Below, piece by piece: positions 1 to 14,302 of a stretch of 64,000 nucleotides of DNA. How positions within the stretch are numbered: the first letter of the stretch is position 1; every line of letters starts with the position of its first letter. Made by a program: the position numbers and the translations under genes. Source of the DNA: the human T2T-CHM13v2.0 reference genome, Homo sapiens; NCBI RefSeq assembly GCF_009914755.1, contig NC_060934.1. The stretch is one strand, 5' to 3'. The notes under the pieces are model-generated. The model worked only from the letters and a program-made list of their open reading frames with translations. It had not been told where the DNA came from and searched no databases.

Positions 1-286
1 CCTGGTCACTGCGAACACACCATTTAACAGACAGCACGTACCTCCTATGTGCCAGGTGCACATGCTTGCCCTTATGAAGCCACATGCTGGTGGAAGTGCG
101 CGTTTTCTCTTTTTCCTATGAGAATTTGTCTGCTTTGGGAGATGGTGACCTTTCCAAGTTTGAGGGAAGATGAAACAAACATCCAGTGGTAGAATGGCAA
201 TGTACACTCTGAAATCTCTTATTATTGCAGTAATATAGTTGGATTGAGGCTTTTCTTTATCTTTGGCGCATCCATATTTTATTTTC

Positions 287-591
287 CTTTTTTTGAGACA
301 GAGTCTTGCTCTGTGGCACAGGCTGGAATGCAGTGGTGTGATTACAGCTCACTGCAGCCTTAACCTCCCAGGCTCAAGCAATCCTTCTACCTTAGCCTCC
401 TGTGAGTAGTGTATGCCACCATGCCTGGCTAATTTTTCTTTTTTTTCCTTTTTTTAAATTTTTATGTTTTTGTAGAGATGGGATTTCCCCATGTGGCCCA
501 GGCTAGTCTCAAAACTCCTGGGCTCAAGGGATCCACCTGCCCTGGTCTCCCAAGGTGCCAGGACTACAGGCATGAGCCACTGTGCCCAGCC
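287..591 (-). mobile_element. AluJ-type SINE
   Basis: Antisense Alu with J-type gctcaagcaatcc. Confidence 0.9.
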
Positions 592-1028
592 AATATTTTC
601 TTGATCATTTTCTTATTACCTTAATTTAGAAATAATTATCATTGTAAATATTCTGTTGCATTATGTTTGAGGATGTTTTTAGCGATAGTGGGAATACAGG
701 AAATTTTGATAGAGGTGAAGACATTGGCCTGCAGCTGAACAGCAAGATCATGGTTATCGTGGAGCCTGTCTAGTCAGAATTTTCCCTGTTTTGAGCACTT
801 TTATTCATCTGGGTAGGCTTTTGATATTATCTAAATTTAGAACACAGGAAGAAAAACAGGATGGAATTTATTTTACCAGTTTTTGCCTATAAAAATGAAC
901 TTCTGGTACACTCCTGTAAACGTATGTGGTGTTTTACTGGATGCAGTTAAAAAATGAAAATTAAGAGTTGATGGTTAGAGTTTTTTCAGGGTCTTTTTAA
1001 AGTAAAATTTTCATCTTTTCACTTATAG

Positions 1029-1108
1029 GTAAAAAGCGCAGACTCACCATTATTGAATGTGGGTGTGACATTAACATGATGATTGATCTGGCTAAAGTAG
1101 CAGATCTG
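1029..1108 (+). pseudogene. BMS1 pseudo-exon A
   Basis: tatag|GTAAAAAG...GATCTG|gtaagt; encodes (G)KKRRLTIIECGCDINMMIDLAKVADL. Confidence 0.95.
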
Positions 1109-1813
1109 GTAAGTGAGCAGGGGCAGCCTGGGGTGCTGATGGAGACTTACAGCATTGTGGTAGGTTATTTACCCCGTGATGAAGGGAAGAGAGTTTTGTG
1201 ATTATTAAAAGGATCATGGTCATTATCAGGGATATAGTAGATGTGATTGAATTGATGATGATAATAATAATAGTAATAAATGTTGTCATATTAATAATAC
1301 AAATGGAATGTGCACAATGAAATGTGTTCCAAAATCTAAAAGCAGATCACAGGATGGAGAAAACCTTTAATGAACACAGCTAATAAGAGCTCATTTACAT
1401 GCATACATATATATGTACAAATATATCATAGTAAGTACCATTTCTTCTTGGACCCTTCCTGGCACTGTGCTAACTGCTTTCTACAAATTTAGCTTACATA
1501 CACCCTTGAGGTGAGTAGGTATTATCTATAGTTTACATAAGATGAAATAGAGCCTCCCAGCAGTTAAGTAACTTGTGTGAAGATGGGACCCTTGTTCCTG
1601 ATGGTTCTAGAACCTTCATCCTTAATGATAATGCTAAAGTAAGTACATGAATTGCCTGAAGAAGTGGTCAGAGTTTATCAATAGAAAATTCAGGCAGTAC
1701 TCAGCGTGTGGAAAATGTACATGCTCTTGCATTTATGGAAATGATAATGTTCACTATTTCTGATATTCTATGAACTATCTTTTACATTGGCAAAAAAAAA
1801 AAAAAAAAAAAAA

Positions 1814-2109
1814 GGCCAGGCACAGTGGCTCATGCCTGTAATCCCAGCACTTTGGGAGACCGAAGTGGGCGAATCACCTGAGGTCGGGAGTTTGAGACCA
1901 GCCTGACCAACATGCAGAAACCCCGTCTCTACTAAAAATACAAAATTAGCCGGGTGAGGTGGTGCATGCCTGTAATCCCAGTTACTTAGGAGGCTGAGGC
2001 AGGAGAATCGCTTCAACCCAGGAGATGGAGGTTGCGGTGAGGCGAGATCACGCCATTGCACTCTAGCCTGGGCAACAAGAGTGAAATTCTGTCTCAAAAA
2101 AAAAAAAAA
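1814..2109 (+). mobile_element. AluS (Sp-like)
   Basis: Full dimer with A tail; preceded by a 22-nt A run. Confidence 0.92.
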
Positions 2110-2488
2110 TTAGCAAAAAAATAAGCCATATTGATTAGGAAGTGTGGGGTGACAGATACCTTGTTTTTTTCATTTTTATTTAGTTTTTTCTAGAGCTACA
2201 GATTTTATACTTTGGCCTAGGAAGACTCCTAAAATATAAAGGAAAAAGTAATACAGATTTTAAAGTTGTGCCATTGTAATGTCAGAAAACTAAATAACAT
2301 TCAAATTTTGAACATGTAATGCTACTATTAGTAAAAATAAGTGTAATTAATGTAAAGTTGTGTAACGATTACTAAACTTGTATACTTGAAATGATTGAAT
2401 AGTTCCTAGAAGTCATTTGTTTCTCTTTTATTTAAAATGTAGCAAGTTTCTAATTTTAAATACATACATATTAAGAGATGCATTTACA

Positions 2489-2812
2489 TTTTTTTATTTT
2501 TAGTTATTATGGATACATAATAGTTGTACATATTTATGGGGTACATGTAGTATTTTGATAGAAGCATACAATGTGTGATGATCAAATCAGGGTAATTCAG
2601 AGATCCGTCACTTCAAACATTTATCATTTATTTGTGTTAGGAACATTTTAATTTCATTCTTTTAGTTATTCTGAATTATATAATAAATTATAGTCACCCT
2701 ATTGTGCTGTTGGACACTAGAATTTATTCTATCTAACTGTGTTTTTGTACCTGTTAACCTTTCCCTCTTTGTCCCTCCCTCCCTGCTCCCCTTCCCAGCC
2801 TCTTAACCATCA
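2489..2812 (-). mobile_element. L1MA-type LINE-1 3' end
   Basis: gatacataatagttgtacatatttatggggtacatg...atcaaatcagggtaatt is the typical L1MA antisense 3'UTR. Confidence 0.8.
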
Positions 2813-3706
2813 TTGAGAGAGATGCCTATGTAAATCTTAAGATTTTCAAAAGGAGCACACACATTTGGTAAAGCACTCTAACTGTAATGCACGGTACACA
2901 CAATGCGCATTTTCTCTTTCCTTGCTGTAACCTCTGGTCTCTCAGGTCCCTGCAGACCTTTATATATATGTATATGTATATGTATATCCTTCCAGATACA
3001 TATAAACACACATGCCACCCTTTAAAAACACAAACGGTAGCTTATTTTATACACTGTTCTATGCTTTGCTCTTTTCATGTAATATACTTGAAGGTATATA
3101 ATCAGTAAGTACTGTAGCTCTGCCTCCTTCTTTTTAATATAACATTCCATTCTGTGGATGCACCATAATTTATTTAGTCTAGCTTATGTTGATTGCTCTG
3201 CTCTGGGTTGTCAAAGCCTCCTGAGTACAGCAGAGGCACACACAATACGTGGATTTGGGTGTGTACGTGCGTGTGTGGATTAGGGGAGTGGCACTGGCTT
3301 AGATGGCAAAGATTGGCAGCTGAGGGACTGTTTGCTCCCTTTTATTCCTGACCCTACAACCAGCTGCTTGTCCCTTGGCACTCTGGCATCAGATGTGGTG
3401 TGAGGATATTCCACCTGTTCTTTGAGCTGGTCCAGTGTTGCTGGAGAGCTCTGCTTGCTGCCTTGGTCTGCAGTGGCAGCTGTGCTTTCCTACAAGCCCA
3501 ACTTCATATATTCTGTGGTTTTGGGTTTTGATGTTTCCTAGTTTAATCAAGGATGGGCATTTCTGTTTCCATTTTGTGTTATTTTTAGTTATCCATGGAA
3601 AGATACAAACAGAACTATCTTTAATATTAAAATTACAAGTTTCCAGGAATCAGTTCTGAAATTATTTTGCATCTTTGAAGTGTCTTAAATTTTAAAAATT
3701 GGTCTT

Positions 3707-4012
3707 GGCCAGGTGCGGTGGCTCACGCCTGTAATCCCAGCACTTCGGAGGCCAAGGCAGGCAGATCACGGGGTCAGGAGATCGAGACCATCCTGGTGAA
3801 CACTGTGAAACCCCGTCTCTACTAAAAAAATACAAAAAAACTAGCCGGGTGTGGTGGTGGGTGCCTGTAGTCCCAGCTACTCAGGAGGCTGAGGCAGAAG
3901 AATGGCATGAATCCGGGGGGCGGAGCTTGCGCTGAGCCGAGATCAAGCCACTGCACTCCAGCCTGGGCAACAGAGCGAGACTCTGTCTCAAAAAAAAAAA
4001 AAAAAAAAAAAA
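3707..4012 (+). mobile_element. AluY
   Basis: gagatcgagaccatcctgg and gagcttgc diagnostics; TSD aaattggtctt. Confidence 0.93.
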
Positions 4013-4529
4013 ATTGGTCTTATCTGCTTATATTTTCTTATAGACTACCATTCATCATAATCTTTCTGTTTTTTTACTTAATTCTAAACTGGTAGCTATT
4101 TCAAATATTTCTGAGCAATTGAGTTATACAAATTAACATACAAGTTAGAGGTTTCCATTGTATACTTCCCAGCAAAAAAACAGATTTTTTTTTTTTTTTT
4201 CTGTGAGGAGATTGAAAGAAGGGGTTGGTTTTCTGTACGTATTTAATATATTTCATTGATTATCACTTTCTTCCCATTCTTTGGATGTCAGAGACCTGTT
4301 ATTTGGCTTAAAAATACATTACAGAAAACTTCATTTCTTTAAATTAGGATTTCTTAGGTAAGGGCCAGGTTAGACCCAGCCTTTTCTGAGTTACTTCTCA
4401 TGCATTAGAATTCTTAAAATGGATGTTTATATCCTAGTGGCCTTGTCTTATGGTTGCCTTTTAGAGCAAGTCAGAGGGTGGTGGTTTCTCTGTCTGGGTG
4501 ATGCCTGTGTAGTCATTTGATTTAGTCTG

Positions 4530-4738
4530 GAGTGGGACTTTTCTGTCGAGGGCCAGATAGTGAATATTTTCAGCTTTGTGGATCATATCTTCTGCAGCTA
4601 CTTAGCTCTGCAGTTGTAGTGCACAGGCGGCCATAGACAATATGTAAATGAATTAATGTGGCTATGTTCCAATAAAACTTTAGTTACAAACACAGGTGAT
4701 GGGCTGGATTTGGCCCGTGGGCCAGTTGCCAACCCCTA
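4530..4738 (+). mobile_element. MER58A (hAT-Charlie) DNA transposon fossil
   Basis: ttttctgt..agggccagatagtgaatatttt...gttccaataaaacttt...tgccaacccct. Confidence 0.8.
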
Positions 4739-4793
4739 GTGTAGGTGGTCTGTTTTGGTAGTTTCTTCGAGAAATAATGTGTTGTGCTTGTAG

Positions 4794-4982
4794 GTACTGA
4801 TGCTTATAGATGCCAGCTTTGGGTTTGAAATGGAAATGTTTGAGTTTCTAAACATCTGTCAAGCACATGGCTTTCCTAAAATTCTGGGAGTTCTCACCCA
4901 CCTCGACTCCTTCAAGCATAACAAGCAACTGAAGAAGACAAAGAAGTGATTAAAACACAGGTTCTGGACAGAAGTTTACCAG
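4794..4982 (+). pseudogene. BMS1 pseudo-exon B with premature stop
   Basis: VLMLIDASFGFEMEMFEFLNICQAHGFPKILGVLTHLDSFKHNKQLKKTKK*LKHRFWTEVYQ; TGA at 4947-4949 where BMS1 has Arg. Confidence 0.95.
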
Positions 4983-5042
4983 GTAGGAAGAGAAATAATT
5001 GTTAGAAACTAACAGTATAATCTTTTAAAAACAGACTAAAGA

Positions 5043-5540
<498 letters not shown>

Positions 5541-5876
5541 TCAGAAGTTTCTCCCAGTTACAGGACCAGGCACTGCCCCTTCCTTTCCATACTGCTGTGG
5601 TCCATCGGCCACAGAACCGTTTCTGTGCTCAGAGGCCTCACCTCCCTCTCCTCACCATACTTAGATGGATGCCCCGGCTTGGTTGCAGAGCAGTCTGCCT
5701 CTGTGTGGTTCTAATAAGTCCTGAAAGAATCCAGCAAGGCTCTGGAAGCCTCAGGACAGTGGCTTTGCTGGAAGTCTCCCTTCTTAGGATTGCTTCTTGT
5801 TTAGAGCTTTTATTTTGTTGCAGTATTGACGAGAATTTAATTGAAATTTAATTTTTAATTTTCCTTTAATGTTTAG

Positions 5877-6017
5877 GTTGCCAAACTGTTCTACCTTTCT
5901 GGAATGGTGCATGGAGAATATCAAAACCAAGAAATCCACAATCTGGGCCATTTTATTACAGTTATGAAGTTTAGGCCTCTCATGGCAAACTTTTCACCCT
6001 TATATCCTGGCAGACAG
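5877..6017 (+). pseudogene. BMS1 pseudo-exon C, frameshifted, donor lost
   Basis: VAKLFYLSGMVHGEYQNQEIHNLGHFITVMKFRPL, then a frame slip before WQTFHPYILADR; the expected donor reads TT at 6018. Confidence 0.9.
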
Positions 6018-6742
6018 TTAAAAGGTGATTGTAAACTTTTTCTTCCTGGGCCATATATTTCAAAGCTAAAAAGGCTAGAAAAAGAACAGTGATAGGATTT
6101 ATTTTGTGCCTATTTGAATAGTGGGGGTAGAAGTGTAGTTGATGGAAAATGTCTACTTATATCATTGCTCAAAGATGCTGTGCCTTTGGGAGTAAATTAA
6201 TTATGAGATGTTTAGGAAAATGGGAGGACTTGGAAGCATTTAAGACTACAGGATGTGGCCCCATCCTACGTTCAGCCTCAGTTTTCAGTGATGCTGCCTT
6301 CATGCCCGGGTGCTGGAGTCCTTCGTGCATGCCTTCAGTTTCCTTCCTTTGTGCTCTTCTTTGTGCTGTGATTTTCTCAGCCTGGAATACCCTTTTTCCA
6401 CCTGCCAGAATCCAAGCCACAGTACAAATCCCAGAGCACAGGCTCACCCTCTTCGAGAAATGGATTTTCTGAATGTGTTCTTCACTCTTCCCTGACCCCA
6501 GGTGGACGCCATCTCCCATCTGGTGTCTTATGGAATGAATGTCACTTTCAGCCTAGAGACACAGTTGTGTGCCTGCCCCTTTTCCTCTTCTGGATGGTGA
6601 ACGGTGCTTCCTTATTTCTGCATTTTCTAGTTCCTAAGTGATGTGCTTAATGGACAAGAGTGTGATGAGTCATTGACACATGAAAGGAGGTATAGGAACT
6701 TTGGCATTCATTTCTGCTGTATGATTGAGTTTATTTTTCTAG

Positions 6743-6864
6743 GATGGAAGATTTGACAAACCCGGAGGATATCCAAACAAACATCAAATGTGACCTGCAG
6801 GTGTCACTTTATGGTTATTTAAGAGGAGCACACTTGAAAAATAAAAGCCAAATTCACATGCCAG
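6743..6864 (+). pseudogene. BMS1 pseudo-exon D
   Basis: MEDLTNPEDIQTNIKCDLQVSLYGYLRGAHLKNKSQIHMP; ag/gt flanks. Confidence 0.93.
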
Positions 6865-7202
6865 GTATTCTCTTGCTGTAGAACATACGAGAATTGCACA
6901 TAGGATTCTTGGGATGGCTTCATTTCTCAGGAAAAGTGAAAAATGACCAAACAAGGGAAGATGGCCTTGCTGGAGGTTTTAAAAGTAAGCCAGCTATGTG
7001 TAGGCCTGCAAAGGTGTTACCGAATCCCTCTTCTCTGACCTCTTGTAGCTAGAGGGCCACTGTTCCAGTGTGGCACAATGCCCTTCTTTAGGGTCATGGG
7101 TTAAGCCCTTGGACTGTGGATCGTTTTTAACCCCCCAGTCAACAGTAGATACTTACTGACTTCTTGTCAGTTGAAGCTGGCTTTTTGGGTCCTGTCTTCC
7201 AG

Positions 7203-7390
7203 GGGTAGAACATTTTGCCATGAGTGACATCAGTTTCCTCCCAGACCCTTGTGTTCTTCCTGAATAACAAAAGAAGTGCTGTTTAAATAAGAAGGAGCAG
7301 CTGGTTTATGCGCCTGTTTCTGGAGTTGAGGGTGTGCTGTATGACAAAGACGCTGTCTGTGTTGACCTTGGTGGCAGCCACGGTTTTCAG
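7203..7390 (+). pseudogene. BMS1 pseudo-exon E with premature stop
   Basis: GVEHFAMSDISFLPDPCVLPE*QKKCCLNKKEQLVYAPVSGVEGVLYDKDAVCVDLGGSHGFQ; TAA at 7265-7267; donor is GC. Confidence 0.93.
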
Positions 7391-8099
7391 GCATCAGTGA
7401 GGCAGGAGTCTTTGCTCTGAACTCTCATTATTCTTTCCTAATCTATTTCTTAATCAAAAAAAGTAATGTACTCAGCTTTTATTTATTGAAGATTTTTCTC
7501 TTGTACTTATAATAAAGGCCCAAATGCATATTGTCAATATGTAGAATAAAAATAATACCATTTTTTCATTGTACCAAGCAGAAGAGTCCTGTCCTCCATG
7601 CCTCCTTGATCCGTGGCCCCAGCGCGGGCACTGCTGCCAGTGTGGCACCTGCACGGCTTATTTCCGTTTCTACAAAATCAGTGTGCTTTCCAGCTCTCGT
7701 TTGTCTTTTTCTTTTTCTCAATCACAGTGGTCTCCTCATTATTTTAAAGTGGATTTCCAATATTTATTTCTTAGTTCTGTAGTTGAATTTTATTGGGTTA
7801 AAAGCAGGGTTACTTAAAAATGTTAGAAAAGCTAGCACTGTTGTAGCACTGGAACTGAGGTTTTTCTAGCTAGGTGTTTAGGTTATCAGGTTATATACTC
7901 ACTGAGCTTTGGACAAGTTTAATGGAGATGGGGATCCATTTCAAGCTTTGTTATAAGGATTTTCTTCTCTGGTGTTTGTGGCATTAAGAAAGGTTCTCAG
8001 GAAATGTGTCTAAGATAATTTTGAGAAACTGAGTGAAACCAGTGTCTCTCCAGGATCTTTGTGCTTTCCTCATGTGCCCTTTCTTGGTGGCCTTGATAG

Positions 8100-8239
8100 G
8101 ACAAGGTGGGGCTCACCCATGAGCTGGTCCAGAGTCTCATCTCCACCTACTCCACCATTGATGCCAAGATGGCTTCAAGTCGAGTGATGCTGCTTTCCAA
8201 TTCCAAACCACTTGGGTCAGAGGCTATAGATAATCAAGG
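8100..8239 (+). pseudogene. BMS1 pseudo-exon F
   Basis: DKVGLTHELVQSLISTYSTIDAKMASSRVMLLSNSKPLGSEAIDNQG|gtaagt. Confidence 0.93.
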
Positions 8240-9045
8240 GTAAGTCTGCTTTTTTTCTATTTTTAATAAAAAGATATATTACAGAAGATCATATCACCCA
8301 TAATTCTGCCATCATAACACATTTTGGTGGGATTCATTCTATGTCGTTTTGTTTTTCTTTGTGTGTGCATGTGTCTCTGAGGGCTCTTCACTTACCTGAC
8401 ATTACAAGGGAGTCTTATCTTGAAAAAAATACAGGATGCATTTTTCAACAGACTTCAAATATTCCTCAAATACCACGCCATCTTCCATAGGTTGCTTTTT
8501 TGGTTTTTCAGAGACCTGAGGCCACTTGGCTTTCTTTTGATGGCCGAAACACTAGAGCAGAGTCAGGGAGTTTGTGGCTGTCCAGAAGCCACATGCCTTG
8601 TCTCTGAAAGTTTTATTTAGATTATGTTGTATTATCTCCCATGGGTAGGTTTCCACTAATGTGTGGCTTATGTGAATTATTTTTCAGTCTGGGTTGGGAA
8701 TTTGTATACCTTTATGCTTAGTGGATGTTTGCAAAACACTGATTTTGTTGTATTGATTTATGACTTCCAGTAAAATTTATCTGAAAATTTTGAGATAGTG
8801 TAGTATATAATTTGTTACAATGTGCATAAACTACCTACCACAGTGCCTGACATAATGAGTGTTATTAGCTGTTTTCATTTTTGCGTATCCTTCTAGACAT
8901 CCTTGTCTACAAGAATACTCTCTTCTAATATAGCTACAGGTAAAATACGTAATTTTATTTCTATATTCTGAGGATTTTTTTTCTATACAGTCTTTATGTA
9001 ATCATGATTTTATTGTTACCAGTGTTTTTTTGTTATTGTGGTTTC

Positions 9046-9355
<310 letters not shown>

Positions 9356-9812
9356 TGTTATTCCTGTATTCTAACTTATCCATCCCTTATGGTATGATTT
9401 TTAGTTTTTTCTAATTTATGTTTTCATACTTTTATCTATTGTGCTACGTTAAAAAGCTTCATATAGTTTTTTTAGCTTAGAAATTAATCAGCTTTCCAGA
9501 AGATCTATAAAACCCTAACTTCCCTTTTGAGCAATTTTTTTCTAAAATTAGATTTTTTTTTTTAAGGGTTATTCCTTTATTCTCTCTATAAGTTCTTTTG
9601 AAGTGTGGTGTTAGGGAACCATGCCTCAGTTTCCTTATTAACTCTTCCGGTGTTTATCAGATCATTTTTTCCCTACGCTATGTCATCTTAAACATCTTAA
9701 GCAATTCATTGACATTTTCTGTTTCTTTGTATTTTCATTGACTATATTGCCACTTCTAGATTAGCTGATTAATGTACAAATTGAATTATTTTGCATATCC
9801 TTGGTGATATAG

Positions 9813-9890
9813 GCTGTTGATGCCAAAGGAGGAAAAACAAATAGACTTGAAAACTGGTCGAATGCCTCAGAAAGCCATTTTTGGAGATGA
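9813..9890 (+). pseudogene. BMS1 pseudo-exon G, truncated mid-exon
   Basis: LLMPKEEKQIDLKTGRMPQKAIFGD, then homology stops abruptly with no donor site. Confidence 0.88.
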
Positions 9891-11211
9891 TTCTGTGCGA
9901 ACGTCTTCTCTCCTTTCTTGATCTCTTAATTTTTTTTTCTTATCCAAATATATACCAGCTGATTTTGTTTCTAGAAGATCCAAGATCTTTGGTTTAGAGA
10001 TATATTCTCTTAATGTTAACTGGTATTAGAATACTGTATTTTCTGTATTTTATTTCAATGCATTTTAAAAATAGAAATGATTGTATTTTCTTTTAACTTG
10101 TGAAGTAGAGCATGGCATACAAATTTTGGATTCTCATTATTTCAACAAATTTCCTTCTTAGTGTGCAAGTTGTATTCAGCACATAAAGTCCATCCAGCTT
10201 TGTTGTAGATGCAGTGTGATTATTACATGTTGATAAGGTGTGAATTGGAGATGGGATCCAAAAGTACTGTACTTATTGTAATTTTTAAGCTAATTGTAGA
10301 TTTGGTGGTGAATATTTTACTACTGCAAAATGAAAACAGCATTTCATCAGAAGTTGTTTTATGGTCTTTCAGGCATTTTATTTTATATCTTTGGTGCTTT
10401 TTGCCCATGAAGTATCTCTTTTGTGTGTTTGTGTGTATGTGTACTGATTTGCTGTAAATTTCACAGTGCTCATTGTCAGGGATCATCAGAATCAGGCCTA
10501 GGCAGAGAGCTGAGCAGTACTCTCAGTATGTCTCTGTGTCCTGGTTGCCACATATCTCTGTTGTTTATTTATAAATTGGAGAACTCTCTGATGTGTAACA
10601 AAGGTTGGATAGATCAGAGACAATTGGAAGACGAATCCTCTACTCTATTGTCACCTCTTCTTTTTCTATTCACACATGTCAGATAGAGACATGCGTGTTG
10701 TAAATTATTTTGTCAGAATGAAAGCCTGGCAGATTAAGTGATTTCTTCTCTTTTTGCTGTACTTGATATCGATCTCTTGTTCATTTCTTGATAATATGTT
10801 TGGTTATTTTTGTTTTCATTGCTTTTGGTGTCAGAGATGGCTTTGGATTCCCTGTTCTGTGTGCTCCTGTCTGGCTCCTGAACCCAGCTGGAGAGGTGTG
10901 TCAATCCCAACTGGTGAAGTACTGAGAGGAAGCTACACAAAAGGCAGCAAGGTGTTAATAAGTGTACCTCTGACATTTTAACCACCTCTGACTTTTCCAT
11001 GGAATGGACAAGTAGTAGTCTCTGTCAGAGCAATGTTTTAAAGGAAAAAAAGAAACTTGAGGTCGTAAACTGTTCATTAATTTATGCTGTTATTTTGTGT
11101 TTACTCAACTCATTTATATTGACTTGTAAATTAGTAATTTATGAACTACTATTCATCAATTCATTGCCTACATGTCAGCAAACAAGTTTTCTTCTTAATA
11201 AAGAATCCGGT

Positions 11212-11503
11212 GGCTGGGCACAATGGTTCACACCTGTAATCTCAGCATGTTGGGAGGGCAAGGCAGGAGGATTCCTTGAGGCCAAGAGTTCAAGACCCAC
11301 CTGGGGAACATAGCAAGATTTCATCTCTACAATAAAATGAAAACATTGGCTGGGCATGGTGGCTCATTCCTATAGTTCAGGCTACTCAGGAGCCTGAGGT
11401 AGGAGGATCACTTGAACCCAGGAGTTTGAGGCTGCAGTGAGCTATGATCCTAACACTCCTCTCCAGCCTGGGTGACACACCAAGAGACCATCTCTTCAAA
11501 AAA
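11212..11503 (+). mobile_element. AluJ
   Basis: Diverged sense Alu dimer. Confidence 0.85.
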
Positions 11504-11512
11504 GGAATCTAG

Positions 11513-11914
<402 letters not shown>

Positions 11915-13184
11915 TGAAGTTCACGTTTATAAAGATCTCTCTACATCTTAGATTTGATTCTTCCTTTAAATATTTTTCTCATTGACATTTGAAAGCACCT
12001 GACCTTATATAAAATGAAGAACTTTCATAACTCCATAAAAGGAGAATTATGACATCATCTACTATTTCTTTCTCTTGTCTCATAAATCTAAACCATCAAC
12101 CTGCTTATTTTTGTATACTGTCACACTGTGTATTCCCTGCATTGAATGCATTTCTATTGACATTGTCTGTAAAAATTGTGGGAAGTTGTCTGCACCCTAA
12201 ATTTTCTGTTATGGGGATTAAATATCCAGTATCCATGTTTTTCCAAGTCTTACATCAGAAAGGGTAAATACAGCCCTCACAGCAGCCTGTTGTTTGTCCT
12301 GCAATTGTGTTTCCATCACATTACACAAAGCCTCTTTGTCTTCGTGGTTGTACCCTGCTAATAAGTTTTTTTTTAAATTATGTAATGTGTGTATATACAA
12401 ATACCTATATGTATGTGTGTACACATACAGCTGATATCTACTGAGATTATGTATGCATGAACTATAGAATTAACTTGCAATTTTAAGAAAATAAATTATT
12501 TTGTAAAGATAAATCTCATGTTTAAGAAGGGGAATTACAATTGAATCATTTAGGGATGCCTCAGCCTAAACATAATATGGAAAAAGCCATAACCAAAAGT
12601 CATTTTAGAGTACTGCTAGGTTGCTCAACCTATCATCACATTTAATTAAAATGTCAGTTTGAACCATGGCCAGTCGATTTTCGTTAATATGTTATTTAAA
12701 TCAACTTGTGAAGTCTTCATTTTAGATATAGAATTTGTGTTAATGAACTGGAAAATAACATTCTATTGCTTGGAAGATGTGTTAAAGCCTAAATATTTAT
12801 GACTTTGTAAAAGAAGAAAACCAGCTGGTGATCAGTTGGCATTAGTATATAAGGATGTACTCATATTTGATAATAGCCATTTTTTTCTAACAAGAGTAAG
12901 GGAGTTGGGAATGGGAGGCAGAGACAGGGACACAGATATATAAAAAATTGTAGACAAAACTGTATTGCGTTCTGAGTATGGTTCTGTGATCCATGGTTCA
13001 GTTTGAGAGGTTCCTGTGTCCCTTATGAGAAGGGACAGGAAAGCCAGGAGGACAGGAGTATGTTTGGGCCTGTGTCTGTGCTTCCACCACAGAAGTCAGC
13101 AGCTCTACCTTTCTCTTTTCTCCTCTTTATCTAATAATTGTTTCCTCTTCAAATTTGGGAAATGAGCTTAATCAAAGATTTGTT

Positions 13185-13325
13185 GTGTTTTTTGTTTGTT
13201 TGTTTTTGAAATGTGGCCTCAGTGTGTTTGCCCAGGCTGATCTTAAACTCCTGGGCTAAAGTGATCCTTCCTCTCAGCGTCCTGTGTAGCTGGGACTACA
13301 GGCATGTGCCACCACACCCAGCTAA
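13185..13325 (-). mobile_element. Alu monomer (FLAM/FRAM-like)
   Basis: Single antisense Alu arm. Confidence 0.75.
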
Positions 13326-13411
13326 GTTAATGCTAATGTGTAGTTTATCTGATTCAGTTTTGAAGGGCAGGATATATATAGATAGTTATGTTGTGTGTGG
13401 TGGGGGGGTAG

Positions 13412-13417
<6 letters not shown>

Positions 13418-13462
<45 letters not shown>

Positions 13463-13470
13463 TTATATAT
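13418..13470. repeat. (TG)n(TA)n microsatellite
   Basis: Direct reading. Confidence 0.95.
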
Positions 13471-13474
13471 TACT

Positions 13475-14302
13475 AGTCCATTGCTGCTACAACAAACTAC
13501 CAGTATGTCAGGGCATAAAACAAATTTATTACACTCCTGTATGTCAGAGTGTGATGTGGATCTCACTGGGCTAAAATCTAGGTGGTGGAAAGGCTACCTT
13601 CATCTCTAGAGGCTCTAGGGGATCTTTTTTCTCGCCTTTTCCACATTCTGGAGTCTGCCTGCATTTTTTGGCATTGGGCTCTTCTCCACTCTCACCATTA
13701 GCAACCTTGCATCCCATGGGCCCTTCTTCTATGGCCACATGTCTCTGTGGCTCTTTCCTTCCCCCTTCTCTTCCACTGTTAAGGACTCATGTGCTTACTT
13801 AGTCCTGAATGGAGACACCGTCATCATCCACATGAGCCCACTGTCCGAATCCGTACAGGCTGCTACAAGGAAATGCATTAGACCAGGTAGCTTATAAATA
13901 ACAGAACTTTGTTTCTCACAGTCCTGGAGGCTGAGAAGTGCAAGATCAAGGTGCTGGCAGTCTTGGTGTCTGGTGAAGGCCTGCTTTCTCATAGAGGCTT
14001 CCTCCTTGCTGTGTCTTCGCATGGTGAGAGGAAAAAACAAGCTCCCTTGTGCCTTTAATAAGGTACTAATCCCAGTCATGAGGGCAGAGTCTCCCGTAAG
14101 GCTTAACCTCCTAATACCATCACCTTGAGGGTTAGGATTTTAACACATGAACATTGACGGAACACAACATTCATTCCATAGCACCAGGGTAGTCTCCTCA
14201 TGTCAAGGTCTTTACCTGAATCACATGCATGATGTACCGTTTTCATGTAAGGTTCTAGGAATCTGTGGACATCTTTGGGGGGCCATTATTTTGCTGATCA
14301 CA
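13475..14302 (-). mobile_element. MLT1 (ERVL-MaLR) LTR with a nested MLT1A-like LTR at about 13842-14183
   Basis: The outer LTR (gctgctacaacaaactacc ... gggggccattatt...caca) is interrupted by a second LTR (ggctgctacaagg...tctcacagtcctggaggctg...cattccatagca). Confidence 0.75.
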
